This document shows, one piece after another, positions 32,512 through 42,381 of a stretch of DNA of 64,000 nt. The notes beneath the pieces were generated by a model that ran no database searches, was not told the DNA's origin, and worked only from the letters and a program-made list of their open reading frames with translations. The stretch comes from an uncultured Gemmatimonadales bacterium. GTDB lineage: Bacteria; Gemmatimonadota; Gemmatimonadetes; Gemmatimonadales; GWC2-71-9. The DNA lies in assembly GCA_963728915.1 (NCBI GenBank), contig CAVSLV010000001.1, forward strand, positions 192,001-256,000, given 5' to 3'. The translations under genes and the position numbers were made by a program. The number at the start of each line of letters is the position of its first letter. Positions within the stretch are counted from its first letter, which is position 1.

Positions 32512-35117
32512 TCACCTCACCGCCTCCGGTAGTGCCGCGCGCCAGTTCTCGATCATCGTGAGCGTCGTCGCTCCGGCGGTTGATCGCTCGCGCAGCATCA
32601 GGAGGTCACCGTTCGGGAAGAGGTCGAACGAAGCGCGAAATCCCTTGAGCCCGACGAGCGCCCGCCGCGATCCGGCCGTGAACGTCTGCCCGCCCTGGAC
32701 CGGGACAGCATAAACGCTGTCGCCGGCGGTGAAGACGATCTCCCGGCCGCCGGTTCCCCAGCGGGGCACGCCGGTGGCACCGGGAGAGACGAGCCACCGC
32801 TCGGAGCTCCCGGCGGCGCGCGGACGAACGTAGAGCCCGGCTGCTCCCGACTCGGTCGAGGCATAGGCCACCCACCGCCCGTCCGGCGAGACTTCACCGT
32901 CGCCATTCGCGACGGTCTCGAGGTCCTGGGTGGGCGAAGCCGCGGACCGGGCGCGGAGCGACACCGCACCGCTCGCCAGATCGTTCGAAGAGTAGTAGAT
33001 GGTCGCGCCATCAGCCGAGAACCGCGGGCGGCCGGGCATCGTCCCGCTCGCGCTGATCCAAAGACGCTCCGGGACCGCGGCGGCCAGCGACACGCGGAAG
33101 ACACCGCCCGCGTTCAGCCCGAGGCTGTCGACGAGCAGGGCGTCGCCGAGCGGAGAAAACGACGGGCTCTCCCAGAATATTCCACGACCGCCTACGCGCA
33201 CCTCCGCCCTGGTCCGGAGATCGCGGACCTGAATCTCCCAACCCCCTTCGGTGGTCGCGGCAACCGCGACCTTCCTGCCATCGGGCGACACCGCGACGGA
33301 CTGGAACGGACCGCTCCAGGAGCGGTCGAGCGGCACGACGTTTCCGCCACGGCTGACCCGCATGAGGTCGTAGGACTCGCCGAGGGCGATGCCCTTCGTG
33401 ACCACGACCAGCCGGCCTCCGCGCGACACGGCGAACACTCCGTCGTTGGAGAGCGTTTCCGGATGGAGGCCCCGGACGACGGGCGTGACGGCCCCGGTCA
33501 TTCGCCCGGTTCGCGCATCGAAGGGCGCCACCACGATGGCGCCGTCCTGCTGGAGCACGAGCAGGGTGTCGGGAGCCGCGTAACGCGCGATCACGCCCGG
33601 CATGAGTACCGTGTGGCCGGTCGAAGCAGCGGCTGCAAACCCGATCCGTGAGGAATCCAACCCAAGGTTCGGAGTGAAGATGGTGAAGACGACCCCGCCG
33701 CCTGGAACCGGCCCCGGATAGAGGTGGAATGCCTCATGAGCAATGGTGTCGACGGTGGTGATCCTGCGCGGTGCTCCTCCCACGACCGGGACCTCGCCGA
33801 TCCCGTCGGGATCGGCGAGCAGGATGGCATTGGAGCCATTCCACGTCACAGGGCTGTAGATCAACATCTTGTCCACTACCTTCGCGGGCTCGCCGCCATT
33901 GACGGGCATGACCCACAAGCTGCCATCGCGGAGAAACGCCATCCGTCGCCCGTCCGGCGACAATGAAACCTCGAACGCCCCCGCGGTCCCGGGTATCGGC
34001 GCGAAGCCAGCCGCGTCCGCCCGCCGGGCGAGTACACCCAGGCGCTCCCTGGAGTACACCACGACCGCGCCGTCCTCCGAAATGTCCAGTCCGCTCCCCA
34101 CGGGCGCCGAGTCCGGGAGCGTCAGCGTGACCCGCCATGGGGAGGGCGCCAGTCGGTTCGACGGCCGCAGCCAACCCGAGGCTGCGGCCCCGAGTGCGAG
34201 CACGGTGACGGCCGCGAGCCCCGCGATCCGGCGATCCGGGCGGCGTGTCGAGGCCCCGGCAGTGCGCCCCATCGTCGTGGTGAAGCTCGGGTCGCCGAGC
34301 GCTGTCGCGAACTCGCGCGCCGAGGCGAAGCGATCCGCCGGGAGCTTTCGAGCGCCTTGTCGAGCGCGCCGCGACGTGCGGGGGGACCGACTTCCGGAGC
34401 TCGGTCACCAGCTTCACCGGCTCGGCGATGATCTTCATGATGATCTGCTGCGCGGACGTCCCCATGTGCGGCGGGTTCGCCGGTGAGCATCTCGTAGAGC
34501 ACGCTCGCGAGCGAGTAGATGTCGCTCCGCGCGGTGATCTGCTTGTCGGCCGTGGCCTGCTCGGGGCTCATGTAGTGCGGCGTGCCGAGCGAGAGGCCCG
34601 TCTCGGTCATCCGCCCACCGGCGGCCGCCGACACCGCGAGCGCGATGCCGAAGTCCATCACCATCGGCCGCCCGTCGTGCAGCAGGATGTTCTCGGGCTT
34701 GATGTCGCGGTGGATCACCCCGTGGCGGTGGGCGTAGTCCAGGGCGTCGGCCACCTCGGTGGTGATCCGCACGGCCTCGTCGATGCCGAACTGGGTCTCC
34801 CGGGTGAGCTTTTCCCGGATGGTCTCGCCCTCGAGGTACGGCATGACGTAGTAGAGGAAGCCGGCGGCCTCCCCCGAGTCGAACAGGGGGAGAATGTTGG
34901 GGTGGCTCAGCGCCGCGGTGGTCTTGATTTCCTGGACGAACCGCTCGGCGCCTAACACGGCTGCCAATTCCGGCTTCAGGACCTTGATGGCGACTTTGCG
35001 GTCGTGCTTGAGGTCCGCGGCGAGATACACCGTGGCCATGCCGCCTGAGCCGAGCTCCCGCTCGATGCGGTAGCGATCCGCGAGGGCGGCCGAGAGACGT
35101 TCGCTCGCGCTGCTCAC
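32512..35117 (-). CDS. Ser/Thr kinase with TolB/PD40-like beta-propeller (frameshifts near 34465 and 34350)
   Basis: GSGGMATVY, HRDIKPEN, DFGIA, GTPHYMSPE; C-terminal SPDGR repeats. Confidence 0.87.
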
Positions 35118-35635
35118 GGTGGACATGCCTCGTCGACGGCCCGCTTGAACGATGCGGGATCGATGGCAGGGAATCGAAACAGCTCCGGTTCGATTTGAGT
35201 GAACATGCGGCGGACAGCGCCAGCGCTGATGAGCCCGCGCTCCATCATCGCCTGCACGTCGGCGAGGTCCCGGGTATGCCCGCGCTCGATCTTGGCCATC
35301 GCCTGCGCCACGAAATCGTAGTGGTGCACCGTCACGCGCCCGAGACGCTCGATCACGGGGCTTCGCTCCTCCCAACCGGGAGGAACCGGGATGAACTGAT
35401 CCGGCGACGCGAGCTCCACATTGATGCGGAGCCGCTCCTTGAGCGCCGGAATGGCCCGGAGCATCGCCTCTGATTCGGGGCGGAATACCAGATCCACATC
35501 GACGGTCGTGTCACGCCACCCCACGAGCACGGCCGACGATCCGCCGACCAGGAACAGGTGGGTGTCGGTTTCGGCCTCGCGGGTGAGCGCCTCGAGGAAC
35601 GCCCGGATACGTTTTCGGTCGGCTACCTCGCGCAC
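35114..35635 (-). CDS. Nucleotidyltransferase-fold protein (DUF6036-like), putative toxin
   Basis: FLVGGSSAV...TVDVDL, AKIERG...RDLADV. Confidence 0.78.
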   Translation of the reverse strand: MREVADRKRIRAFLEALTREAETDTHLFLVGGSSAVLVGWRDTTVDVDLVFRPESEAMLRAIPALKERLRINVELASPDQFIPVPPGWEERSPVIERLGRVTVHHYDFVAQAMAKIERGHTRDLADVQAMMERGLISAGAVRRMFTQIEPELFRFPAIDPASFKRAVDEACPP

Positions 35636-35895
35636 GCCGCAGCCCGCTGAAAGCTCACCAGCCGCCGCACCAGGGCATTGTACCTGGCATGCGCGCCGTC
35701 CCCATACTGCGTCGCAAGAAGGCGATAGAGCCGCAATTCGGGGTCTCCGAATGGCGCCGGCACCGTGAAGCCGATGGCGCGGAGCTTTGGCGCGCTCATG
35801 GAGACGAGAAGCGCCTCCGCCGTCTCCGCCCGCGCCGCGAGATCGCGAATGCCTTGCTCGACGAGGTCGGCGCCCGGCAATGCCGTCATGGTCAT
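35623..35895 (-). CDS. Small hypothetical protein, putative partner/antitoxin of the NTase
   Basis: 90 aa, overlaps NTase start; TAGACT -10-like hexamer 6 nt upstream of ATG. Confidence 0.7.
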   Translation of the reverse strand: MTMTALPGADLVEQGIRDLAARAETAEALLVSMSAPKLRAIGFTVPAPFGDPELRLYRLLATQYGDGAHARYNALVRRLVSFQRAAACAR

Positions 35896-35938
35896 GTCCA
35901 GAGTCTACGGCCGACCGGCGCCGAAGGGTACCTTGGGA

Positions 35939-36357
35939 TCATCCTACCGCGGTGAAGCCTTCCCGCCGCGCCGCCGCGGCCAGCCGTTCATCGAAGGTGT
36001 ACAGGGTACCGGCCGGCGCGGGGCCGCTCCAGGTGATGGCGGCCGCGAGCTGGAGCGCATCGGCCGCGCGCAAGGAATGGAGCCGGAGCAGGCGGAGCGC
36101 CTGCTCCCGGATGCCCGGCCCCGGCTGCACTTCGAACCAGCTTGCCTGGAGCGTCGCGAGCAGGTCCCGCGCCTGGGCCTCTTCGCGATCGGTCAGATGA
36201 CGCTCGCGATGCAAGCGGGCAATGGCGGAGGCGCATTCCACCGCGGATCCCCACCAGACGACCTGCTCGGCGTCCTGTTCCAGCCAGCGCAGGGCGGCCT
36301 CAGTCCAGGCTGCCCGAGACACAGCGGGACCAGGGCGGAGGAGTCCCAGAACCTCAC
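35939..36357 (-). CDS. vapC: PIN-domain VapC toxin (frameshift near 36305)
   Basis: MRFWDSSALVPL, then ECASA, LRAADALQLAAA, TFDERLAAAARREGF; GTGA overlap with antitoxin. Confidence 0.85.
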
Positions 36358-36644
36358 CGGCCCTCGGCGCGTTCCTTGAGCAGCGCCGCGAGCGAGCGTC
36401 CTTTCGCGTCGGCGGGGCGCCGGGCCTTCCGGAAGTTTCTGGGCAGCGGGGATCGGGGCAGCTGGAGCTGGCCGGTTCGCACCAGCAGCTCGCGCCGGCT
36501 GTCCTCCTGGGCCTCGCCCCCGACCGGCACCAGCCGAGCGATGACCCGGCCTCGATCGGTCACCAGCACCTCGTCGCCGGCGCGGACCAGGTCGAGGAAG
36601 GCGCTGAGGCGGGCCTTGAGCTCGCTGATGGAGGTGGTCGTCAT
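36354..36644 (-). CDS. Phd/YefM-family antitoxin
   Basis: SISELKARLSAFLDLVRAGDEVLVTDRGRVIARLVP. Confidence 0.88.
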   Translation of the reverse strand: MTTTSISELKARLSAFLDLVRAGDEVLVTDRGRVIARLVPVGGEAQEDSRRELLVRTGQLQLPRSPLPRNFRKARRPADAKGRSLAALLKERAEGR

Positions 36645-36645
36645 G

Positions 36646-36660
36646 TGACTAGTATAGTCA
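36646..36660 (-). promoter_or_regulatory. Palindromic operator overlapping a -10 element of the TA operon
   Basis: TGACTA-gta-TAGTCA inverted repeat containing minus-strand TATACT 6 nt upstream of the ATG. Confidence 0.6.
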
Positions 36661-36701
36661 TAATTATATGTCCCTACAAGTCACGGCCATCCGGGTGGTC
36701 G

Positions 36702-37868
36702 TCACGGCGCTCGCGGCAGCACCGTATACAGCGACTGCATGCCCATGCGGAGATGGTCCGACACGTGGCAGTGGAACAGCCAGGTGCCGGGATCGTCCGG
36801 CACCATGTCGGCGGTCACCATCTCCATCGAGGTGAGGCTCGTCACGTCGCTGCGCATGTTGTGGATCGTCACCACATTGCCGTGCCAGTGCGGGGCGTGG
36901 AACTCGAAGTCGGTGCTCGCCATCAGGTACCAGCGGACCCGTTCACCCACATGCATGGTGAGGCCCGGCAGGTTGCCGTAGGAAAACCCGTTCATGGTCT
37001 CCCGAAATGAGCTCTCGGTCGCGGGGCCGTGGATGAGGACGCCGAACAGCGTGTCGGTTGCTACCGCAGACGGCTGGCCCGGCCGGGACGGCAGCGGCTG
37101 GGCGTACTTCGCGTAGTTCTGATCGAAGTAGGGGCTGCTGTTCTCGTCGACCTCCAGGAAGGCGACCACGAGCTCCCGGTCCACATCATTCGGCGTGCCG
37201 TCAGCGCGACTCGCCCCGCGCGCCGTGATGATCATCGGCCCTACCAGGCCGGCGGCCATGTCGGCCTGATCGTCTACATGCGAGTGGTACATCCAGAACG
37301 CGGAGGAGCCTTCATGCGGAGCCGGGCCGGCACGCTCCGGCACGAGCCAGGTGTACACATGGGTCCCGCCGGTCGGCACCCCGTCGTCCGCCTTGTCGGC
37401 GCCCGAGGTGCTGTCGCTGTACGGTGCGCCCTCGGAGTCCTTGGTGTAGAACACGCCATGGGGATGGACGCTCGCGGGAAAGCTGGCGTTGTTCCGGAAG
37501 ACCACCCGGATGGTGTCACCCACGCCGGCACGGATCAGCGGACCCAGCATGCCCAGGTGCTCCCACTCCGGTGGCCGCGGCTTGATGGTCTGGAAGGTGG
37601 AGTCGGTGTATTCGCGGTAGATGGCCTTGTGCCAGACCCGGCCGACCCGACCGGGTGCCGGTTCCATGTAGTGCGCCGAGATCCCGCGGAACGGCGCCCC
37701 GGTGATCAGGTCGCGGCCGCTCGGCGCGTAGTCCCAGTCCACTTCGTCGGCGGCGATGTAGTAGATCCGGGTGCCCGGCGCCCGGCCGCCGCCACCCGCT
37801 CCGCAGGCGGCGAGCAGAATCAACGCACAGACGCACTTCAAGGAGGTCACTCTGGCGGCCACGGTCAC
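36702..37868 (-). CDS. Two-domain multicopper oxidase, lipoprotein
   Basis: LLAAC lipobox; YYIAADEVDWDYAP; HPHG, YHSH, HAPHWHG, HCHVSDHLRMGM. Confidence 0.87.
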   Translation of the reverse strand: MTVAARVTSLKCVCALILLAACGAGGGGRAPGTRIYYIAADEVDWDYAPSGRDLITGAPFRGISAHYMEPAPGRVGRVWHKAIYREYTDSTFQTIKPRPPEWEHLGMLGPLIRAGVGDTIRVVFRNNASFPASVHPHGVFYTKDSEGAPYSDSTSGADKADDGVPTGGTHVYTWLVPERAGPAPHEGSSAFWMYHSHVDDQADMAAGLVGPMIITARGASRADGTPNDVDRELVVAFLEVDENSSPYFDQNYAKYAQPLPSRPGQPSAVATDTLFGVLIHGPATESSFRETMNGFSYGNLPGLTMHVGERVRWYLMASTDFEFHAPHWHGNVVTIHNMRSDVTSLTSMEMVTADMVPDDPGTWLFHCHVSDHLRMGMQSLYTVLPRAP

Positions 37869-37911
37869 GAAGCACCTCGCGTGGTAGTTGGGAATCCTTC
37901 GCTCGCGCCGG

Positions 37912-40167
37912 TCACGTCCGCTTCGCTTCCCAGGCGACCACCGCTTCCCAGCGCGGCCGCACCTCGTCGAGCAGGCGCTTGAACTCGTCGGTGCGGCGCA
38001 GCTCGTCCAGGAAGGGATCGTGCCTGGCGAGGAAGGGAAAGTTGATGAACCCGCGCGCGACGCTCAGTCGGGCGCACCGCAGTGCGTCGTCCATCAACCC
38101 GACCAGGGCATACGCCTCGGCGGCATGGAGCGCGGCAAACTCATTCCCCATCGCCGCCTCGAGCGCTGGCCTGGCCACCGCCATCACCCCGGCCCGGTCC
38201 CGGCGCAGCCCGGCCAGCAGGTGAGCGGCCGACAGCCCAAGCGCGGTCTCCCGCAAACCGGTGGCAACCCCTTCGAGCATGACCATCCCCTCGTCCACCA
38301 GGCCGGCGGCCGCGATCTGGGCGCCCGCGATGAACGGCACCATCGAGTAGGGGGACGCGAGGGACACCGCCCGCTGGGCGGCTGCCGGGACCTCACCAAA
38401 CGCCCCCCGGCACCAGTGGTAGGTGCACATCACCAGCGGGGGAATCGCGGAGAGGGGATCGAGCAGCACGGTACGCTCGGCGAGTGGTCCGTGCGCCTGC
38501 AGACCGGAGGTGTTCGAGAAGCGGCAGAGCTCGGTGAGAATATTCATGTCACCGGGCCAGAGCGCGTGCGCCCGGTACAGGTGCGGAAGGGCTTCTTCGG
38601 GATGCCCGCGATTCCCGGTCACCAATCCATACACGAAGATGGCGAGGGGATGATCCGGCTCGCGCGCGAGCGCCCGGTCCGCGAGCTCCAGGGCCCTCGG
38701 CAACATGACGTCCGCCGGGGCGAGGTTCATGTTGACGAGGTTCCAGCACAGCTGAGCTTTCGTCGCGAGCAACAGCGGCAGTTCGCCGACCATCCCGATC
38801 GCTTCATCCACCAGCCGCTCGGCGCGCGTGGCGGCCTCTGGGGTCCAGACGTACATGTCCTGCCGGGCGCGCAGGTAGCAATCATAGGCGACCGGGTTCT
38901 CGATCGGCCGCTCCGCAACCTGCCGCGATTCGCGTTCGGTGAGCGTCATCTTGAGCGCGGCCACGATCTTCCGGGCGATCTCCTCCTGGATGGCGAAGAC
39001 ATCGTCCATCGTCCCAGAAAACTTCTCGCTCCACAAGGGAGCGTCGGAGCGTGCCTCCACCAGCTCGGCGGTCACTCGCAGCGCGTTGCCCGCGCGGCGC
39101 ACCGAACCAGTGACCAGATGACTTACTCCCAGCTCGCGCGCGATGGTCGGGGTATCCTTGTTCGTCCCCTTGAGCGCCATAGCCGAGTTCCGCGAAATGA
39201 CCCGGAGCGCGCCGATCTTGGACAGATCGGCAATGACTTCCTCGGTCAGGCCGTCGCTGAAGAACTCGTTCTCGGGGTCGGGACTCCGGTTGACAAAGGG
39301 AAGCACCACCAGCGTAACTGGTTCCTCCGCTCCGGCCGGAGCTTTGGTGGTGAGCAACGCCGCGAACGCCCCGGCGCTCGCGGGCCGGTCGGCCGGGGCC
39401 TTGTTCAGGGCCTTGGCCACCGCGGCGGCCACCGCCGCGCTCAGGTTGCGACGAACGGTGGTGATCGGGGGAGCGTTGTCGGTGACGTGGCGAGCGATGA
39501 CCGCGGCCGCGCTGGAGGCGACGAAGGGCGGATCGCCGGCCAGGAGCTCGTAGGTGAGGCAACCCAGCGCGTAGACATCGCTCCTTGCATCCAGCTCCCG
39601 CTCGCCCACCGCCTGCTCCGGGCTCATGTAGGCCGGGGTGCCGAGGGAGAGGCCGGTCTGGGTGAGGCGATCGCCGCCCGCGGTGGTCACCGCCACAGCG
39701 ATCCCGAAGTCCGCCACCAGTGCCACGCCGTCCTGGAGCAGGATGTTCTCGGGTTTGATGTCCCGGTGAATAACCCCGCGCTGATGGGCGAAATCGAGTG
39801 CCCCGGAAACGGCCCGCACGATGGTCAGGGCGTCCTCGACCCCAAGTTGACGCTCCCGGACCAGCTTGTCGCGCAGGGTCTCCCCTTCCACGAACGGCAT
39901 GACGTAGTAGAGGAACCCGTCGGCCTTGCCAGAATCGAACAGTGGGAGGATGTGGGGATGCTGGAGCTGGGCGGTGGTCTTGATCTCCTGGAGGAACCGC
40001 TCCGCCCCTAACACGGCCGCCAGCTCGGGCTTCAGGACCTTGATCGCAACCTGGCGGTCATGCTTCAGGTCCTGGGCGAGGTAGACCGTGGCCATGCCGC
40101 CCTCACCGAGCTCCCGCGTGATGCGGTAGCGATCCGCCAGGGCGTCGGCGAGGCGGTCCGTGGTCAC
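37912..40167 (-). CDS. Cytoplasmic Ser/Thr kinase with TolB-N-like and TPR domains
   Basis: Kinase motifs, then VVLPFVN...FFSDGLTEEVI...VTGSVRRAG, helical repeats. Confidence 0.9.
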   Translation of the reverse strand: MTTDRLADALADRYRITRELGEGGMATVYLAQDLKHDRQVAIKVLKPELAAVLGAERFLQEIKTTAQLQHPHILPLFDSGKADGFLYYVMPFVEGETLRDKLVRERQLGVEDALTIVRAVSGALDFAHQRGVIHRDIKPENILLQDGVALVADFGIAVAVTTAGGDRLTQTGLSLGTPAYMSPEQAVGERELDARSDVYALGCLTYELLAGDPPFVASSAAAVIARHVTDNAPPITTVRRNLSAAVAAAVAKALNKAPADRPASAGAFAALLTTKAPAGAEEPVTLVVLPFVNRSPDPENEFFSDGLTEEVIADLSKIGALRVISRNSAMALKGTNKDTPTIARELGVSHLVTGSVRRAGNALRVTAELVEARSDAPLWSEKFSGTMDDVFAIQEEIARKIVAALKMTLTERESRQVAERPIENPVAYDCYLRARQDMYVWTPEAATRAERLVDEAIGMVGELPLLLATKAQLCWNLVNMNLAPADVMLPRALELADRALAREPDHPLAIFVYGLVTGNRGHPEEALPHLYRAHALWPGDMNILTELCRFSNTSGLQAHGPLAERTVLLDPLSAIPPLVMCTYHWCRGAFGEVPAAAQRAVSLASPYSMVPFIAGAQIAAAGLVDEGMVMLEGVATGLRETALGLSAAHLLAGLRRDRAGVMAVARPALEAAMGNEFAALHAAEAYALVGLMDDALRCARLSVARGFINFPFLARHDPFLDELRRTDEFKRLLDEVRPRWEAVVAWEAKRT

Positions 40168-41531
40168 ACCGCCTGGAGCACGTCGTAGCCGGTCAGCACG
40201 TAGGTCTTGTCGGCCGGGAAATCCCGCACCAGCACCGCGGGATTCTGCGGGGTGATCATCGGCGCGAGCAGGGCCACCGGCGTCTCGATGTCCACGAACG
40301 GAAAGGCCTGCTGCATGATGGTGCCCACCTCGGCATCCCGGACCTTGGGGTCCTTGACCATCTGTTCGTAGGCATGGGACTCGCTGAGCGAGCCCACGAT
40401 CCGGTTGGCGTGGGTGATCGGGATCTGGGAGAAATCATTCTCGATCATCCGCTGGATGGCCTGGCGCACGCTGGCGGTACGATCCACTCCGACAATGTCG
40501 GCCACCTTCTTGTTCCGCACCAGTGCCCGCGCGGTCGGACCCGGCACATTCTCATAGCCCATCCGCCGCATCCAGTCGGGGTTGAAGATCTTGCCGAGAT
40601 ACCGGGTGCCGTGATCGTGGAAGATGACCACGACCGTCTCGCCTTGTCTGAAGCGATCTTTCAACTGGTGCAGCCCGGCGATGGCCGAACCCGCCGAGTA
40701 GCCCGCCCAGATCGCTTCCTGCCGAACCAGCTCGCGGCAGGTCATCGCGGCGTCGCGGTCGGTCACCTTCTCGAAGTGATCGATGACGCTCAGGTCCACG
40801 TTCTTCGGCAGGAAATCCTCGCCGATGCCCTCCGTGACATAGGGGTAGATCTCGTGCTTGTCGAGGATCCCGGTTTCCTTGAGCTTCTTGAAGATCGAGC
40901 CGTAGGTGTCGATGCCCCAGACCCGGAGCTTCGGGTTCTGCTCCTTGAGACACCGGCCCGCCCCGCAGATGGTGCCGCCGGTCCCGACCCCCGCGACCAG
41001 ATGGTCAACTCTCCCGGCGGTCTGTTCCCAGATCTCCGGGCCGGTGGTGGCGTAGTGCGCTTCCGAGTTGCTCAGGTTGTCGTACTGGTCGGCCTTCCAG
41101 GAGTTGGGCGTCTCCGCGACCAGTCGCGAAGAGACCGAGTAATAGGAGCGGGGATCTTCCGGGTCCACGTCGGTGGGACATACGATGACCTCGGCCCCGA
41201 AGGCGCGAAGCGCATCGACCTTTTCTTTCGATTGCTTGTCGGTGGTGGTGAAGATGCAGCGGTATCCCTTGACGATCGCGGCGATCGCGAGTCCCATGCC
41301 GGTATTGCCCGAGGTCCCCTCGATGATCGTTCCGCCGGGCTTGAGCAGGCCTTTCCGCTCGGCGTCTTCGATCATCCGGATCGCCATGCGGTCCTTGATG
41401 CTGTGCCCGGGATTGAACGTCTCGACCTTGGCGTAGACCGCGGCGGGAATCTCCCGGACGATCCGATGGAGCTTGACCAGCGGGGTATTCCCGATCGTTC
41501 CGAGAATCGTGTCGTATACGTTCCGGGGCAC
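40164..41531 (-). CDS. Cystathionine beta-synthase family PLP enzyme with CBS domains
   Basis: IGNTPLV, NPGHSIKDR, TSGNTG, GVGTGGT, EGIGED; C-terminal CBS pair. Confidence 0.9.
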   Translation of the reverse strand: MPRNVYDTILGTIGNTPLVKLHRIVREIPAAVYAKVETFNPGHSIKDRMAIRMIEDAERKGLLKPGGTIIEGTSGNTGMGLAIAAIVKGYRCIFTTTDKQSKEKVDALRAFGAEVIVCPTDVDPEDPRSYYSVSSRLVAETPNSWKADQYDNLSNSEAHYATTGPEIWEQTAGRVDHLVAGVGTGGTICGAGRCLKEQNPKLRVWGIDTYGSIFKKLKETGILDKHEIYPYVTEGIGEDFLPKNVDLSVIDHFEKVTDRDAAMTCRELVRQEAIWAGYSAGSAIAGLHQLKDRFRQGETVVVIFHDHGTRYLGKIFNPDWMRRMGYENVPGPTARALVRNKKVADIVGVDRTASVRQAIQRMIENDFSQIPITHANRIVGSLSESHAYEQMVKDPKVRDAEVGTIMQQAFPFVDIETPVALLAPMITPQNPAVLVRDFPADKTYVLTGYDVLQAV

Positions 41532-41780
41532 CGGGCTTACACCAGCGCGCGAGGGTCGATTGACCCGGCGGGGAGCCTGGACAGAACTATCCGCGTCGGG
41601 TCGTCCGGTCTGGTCGTCATGAGGGTTGGGAAGAGATGAGGGGAGTGTACCGCTACGATGGTCCGGAATCCACCCCGGGGTCCCGGCACTCGAGGTCACC
41701 GATCGGTGACCTCGGCGGGCGCGATCCAGAGGCGCCCTCGTGACGACTCGAGGACGCCCCGGGATCCAGACGGTTAGTGC

Positions 41781-42338
41781 CTATCCCCGGCGGGTACCGG
41801 GCCGTTCCGCGTTGGCGTAGTCGCCCCGGGCTTCTCCGGTCGCCGCAATCTCAGTGGCGCCGGTGCGGGCCAGGATTTCCTTTGCCTTCCGGGTCCATTC
41901 GTGATCGTCGGTGTGCACCGACAGGAGAATCGCCCCGTCCTTGACAATCCCGGCGTATCGCTTCGCTTCATACTCGGGAATGCCGAGGCCGATCAACGCA
42001 CCGGCCACCCCGCCGACCGCTGCGCCGGCGCCGAGCCCGCTCAGGGCGGCGACGATCGGTCCGGCGGCGAGAAACGGCCCGAGGCCGGGGATCGCGAGCA
42101 GGCCGATGCCTACCAGCCACCCGAGGATCCCTCCCACCACCGCTCCGGACGTGGCTCCGGCGGCCACGCCTTCAGGAGCCTTGGTATGCTTCTCGTGCGC
42201 GAGGTCCTTGGTGCCCAGGTTCTCGGGCAACAGGAGAGAAATGTCGGTGGGACGATAACCCGCAGCACGCAGCTGATCGACTGCTTCTTCCACCTGCGGT
42301 CGGGTGGCGTAGATTCCGAACACGGCAGTATTGGCCAT
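41781..42338 (-). CDS. General stress-protein-like membrane protein (glycine zipper)
   Basis: AVFGIY, HEKHTKAPEG, IPGLGPFLAAGPI, GIPEYEAKRY. Confidence 0.8.
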   Translation of the reverse strand: MANTAVFGIYATRPQVEEAVDQLRAAGYRPTDISLLLPENLGTKDLAHEKHTKAPEGVAAGATSGAVVGGILGWLVGIGLLAIPGLGPFLAAGPIVAALSGLGAGAAVGGVAGALIGLGIPEYEAKRYAGIVKDGAILLSVHTDDHEWTRKAKEILARTGATEIAATGEARGDYANAERPGTRRG

Positions 42339-42381
42339 CTCTTCCCTCCTCGGGTTTATGGGCTCCGAACCGCCCACTACG

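Noticed and set aside
21357..40167. tRNA-anchored integrative element or prophage
   Set aside because: No integrase, transposase or phage genes, and I saw no duplicated tRNA 3' end. The RiPP genes carry the host 9-mer motif, suggesting long residence.
41540..41780. SAM-I riboswitch upstream of the CBS gene
   Set aside because: The minus strand lacks the SAM-I conserved elements (ATC..GAG, GGCAACC, GGTGC, AGAT).
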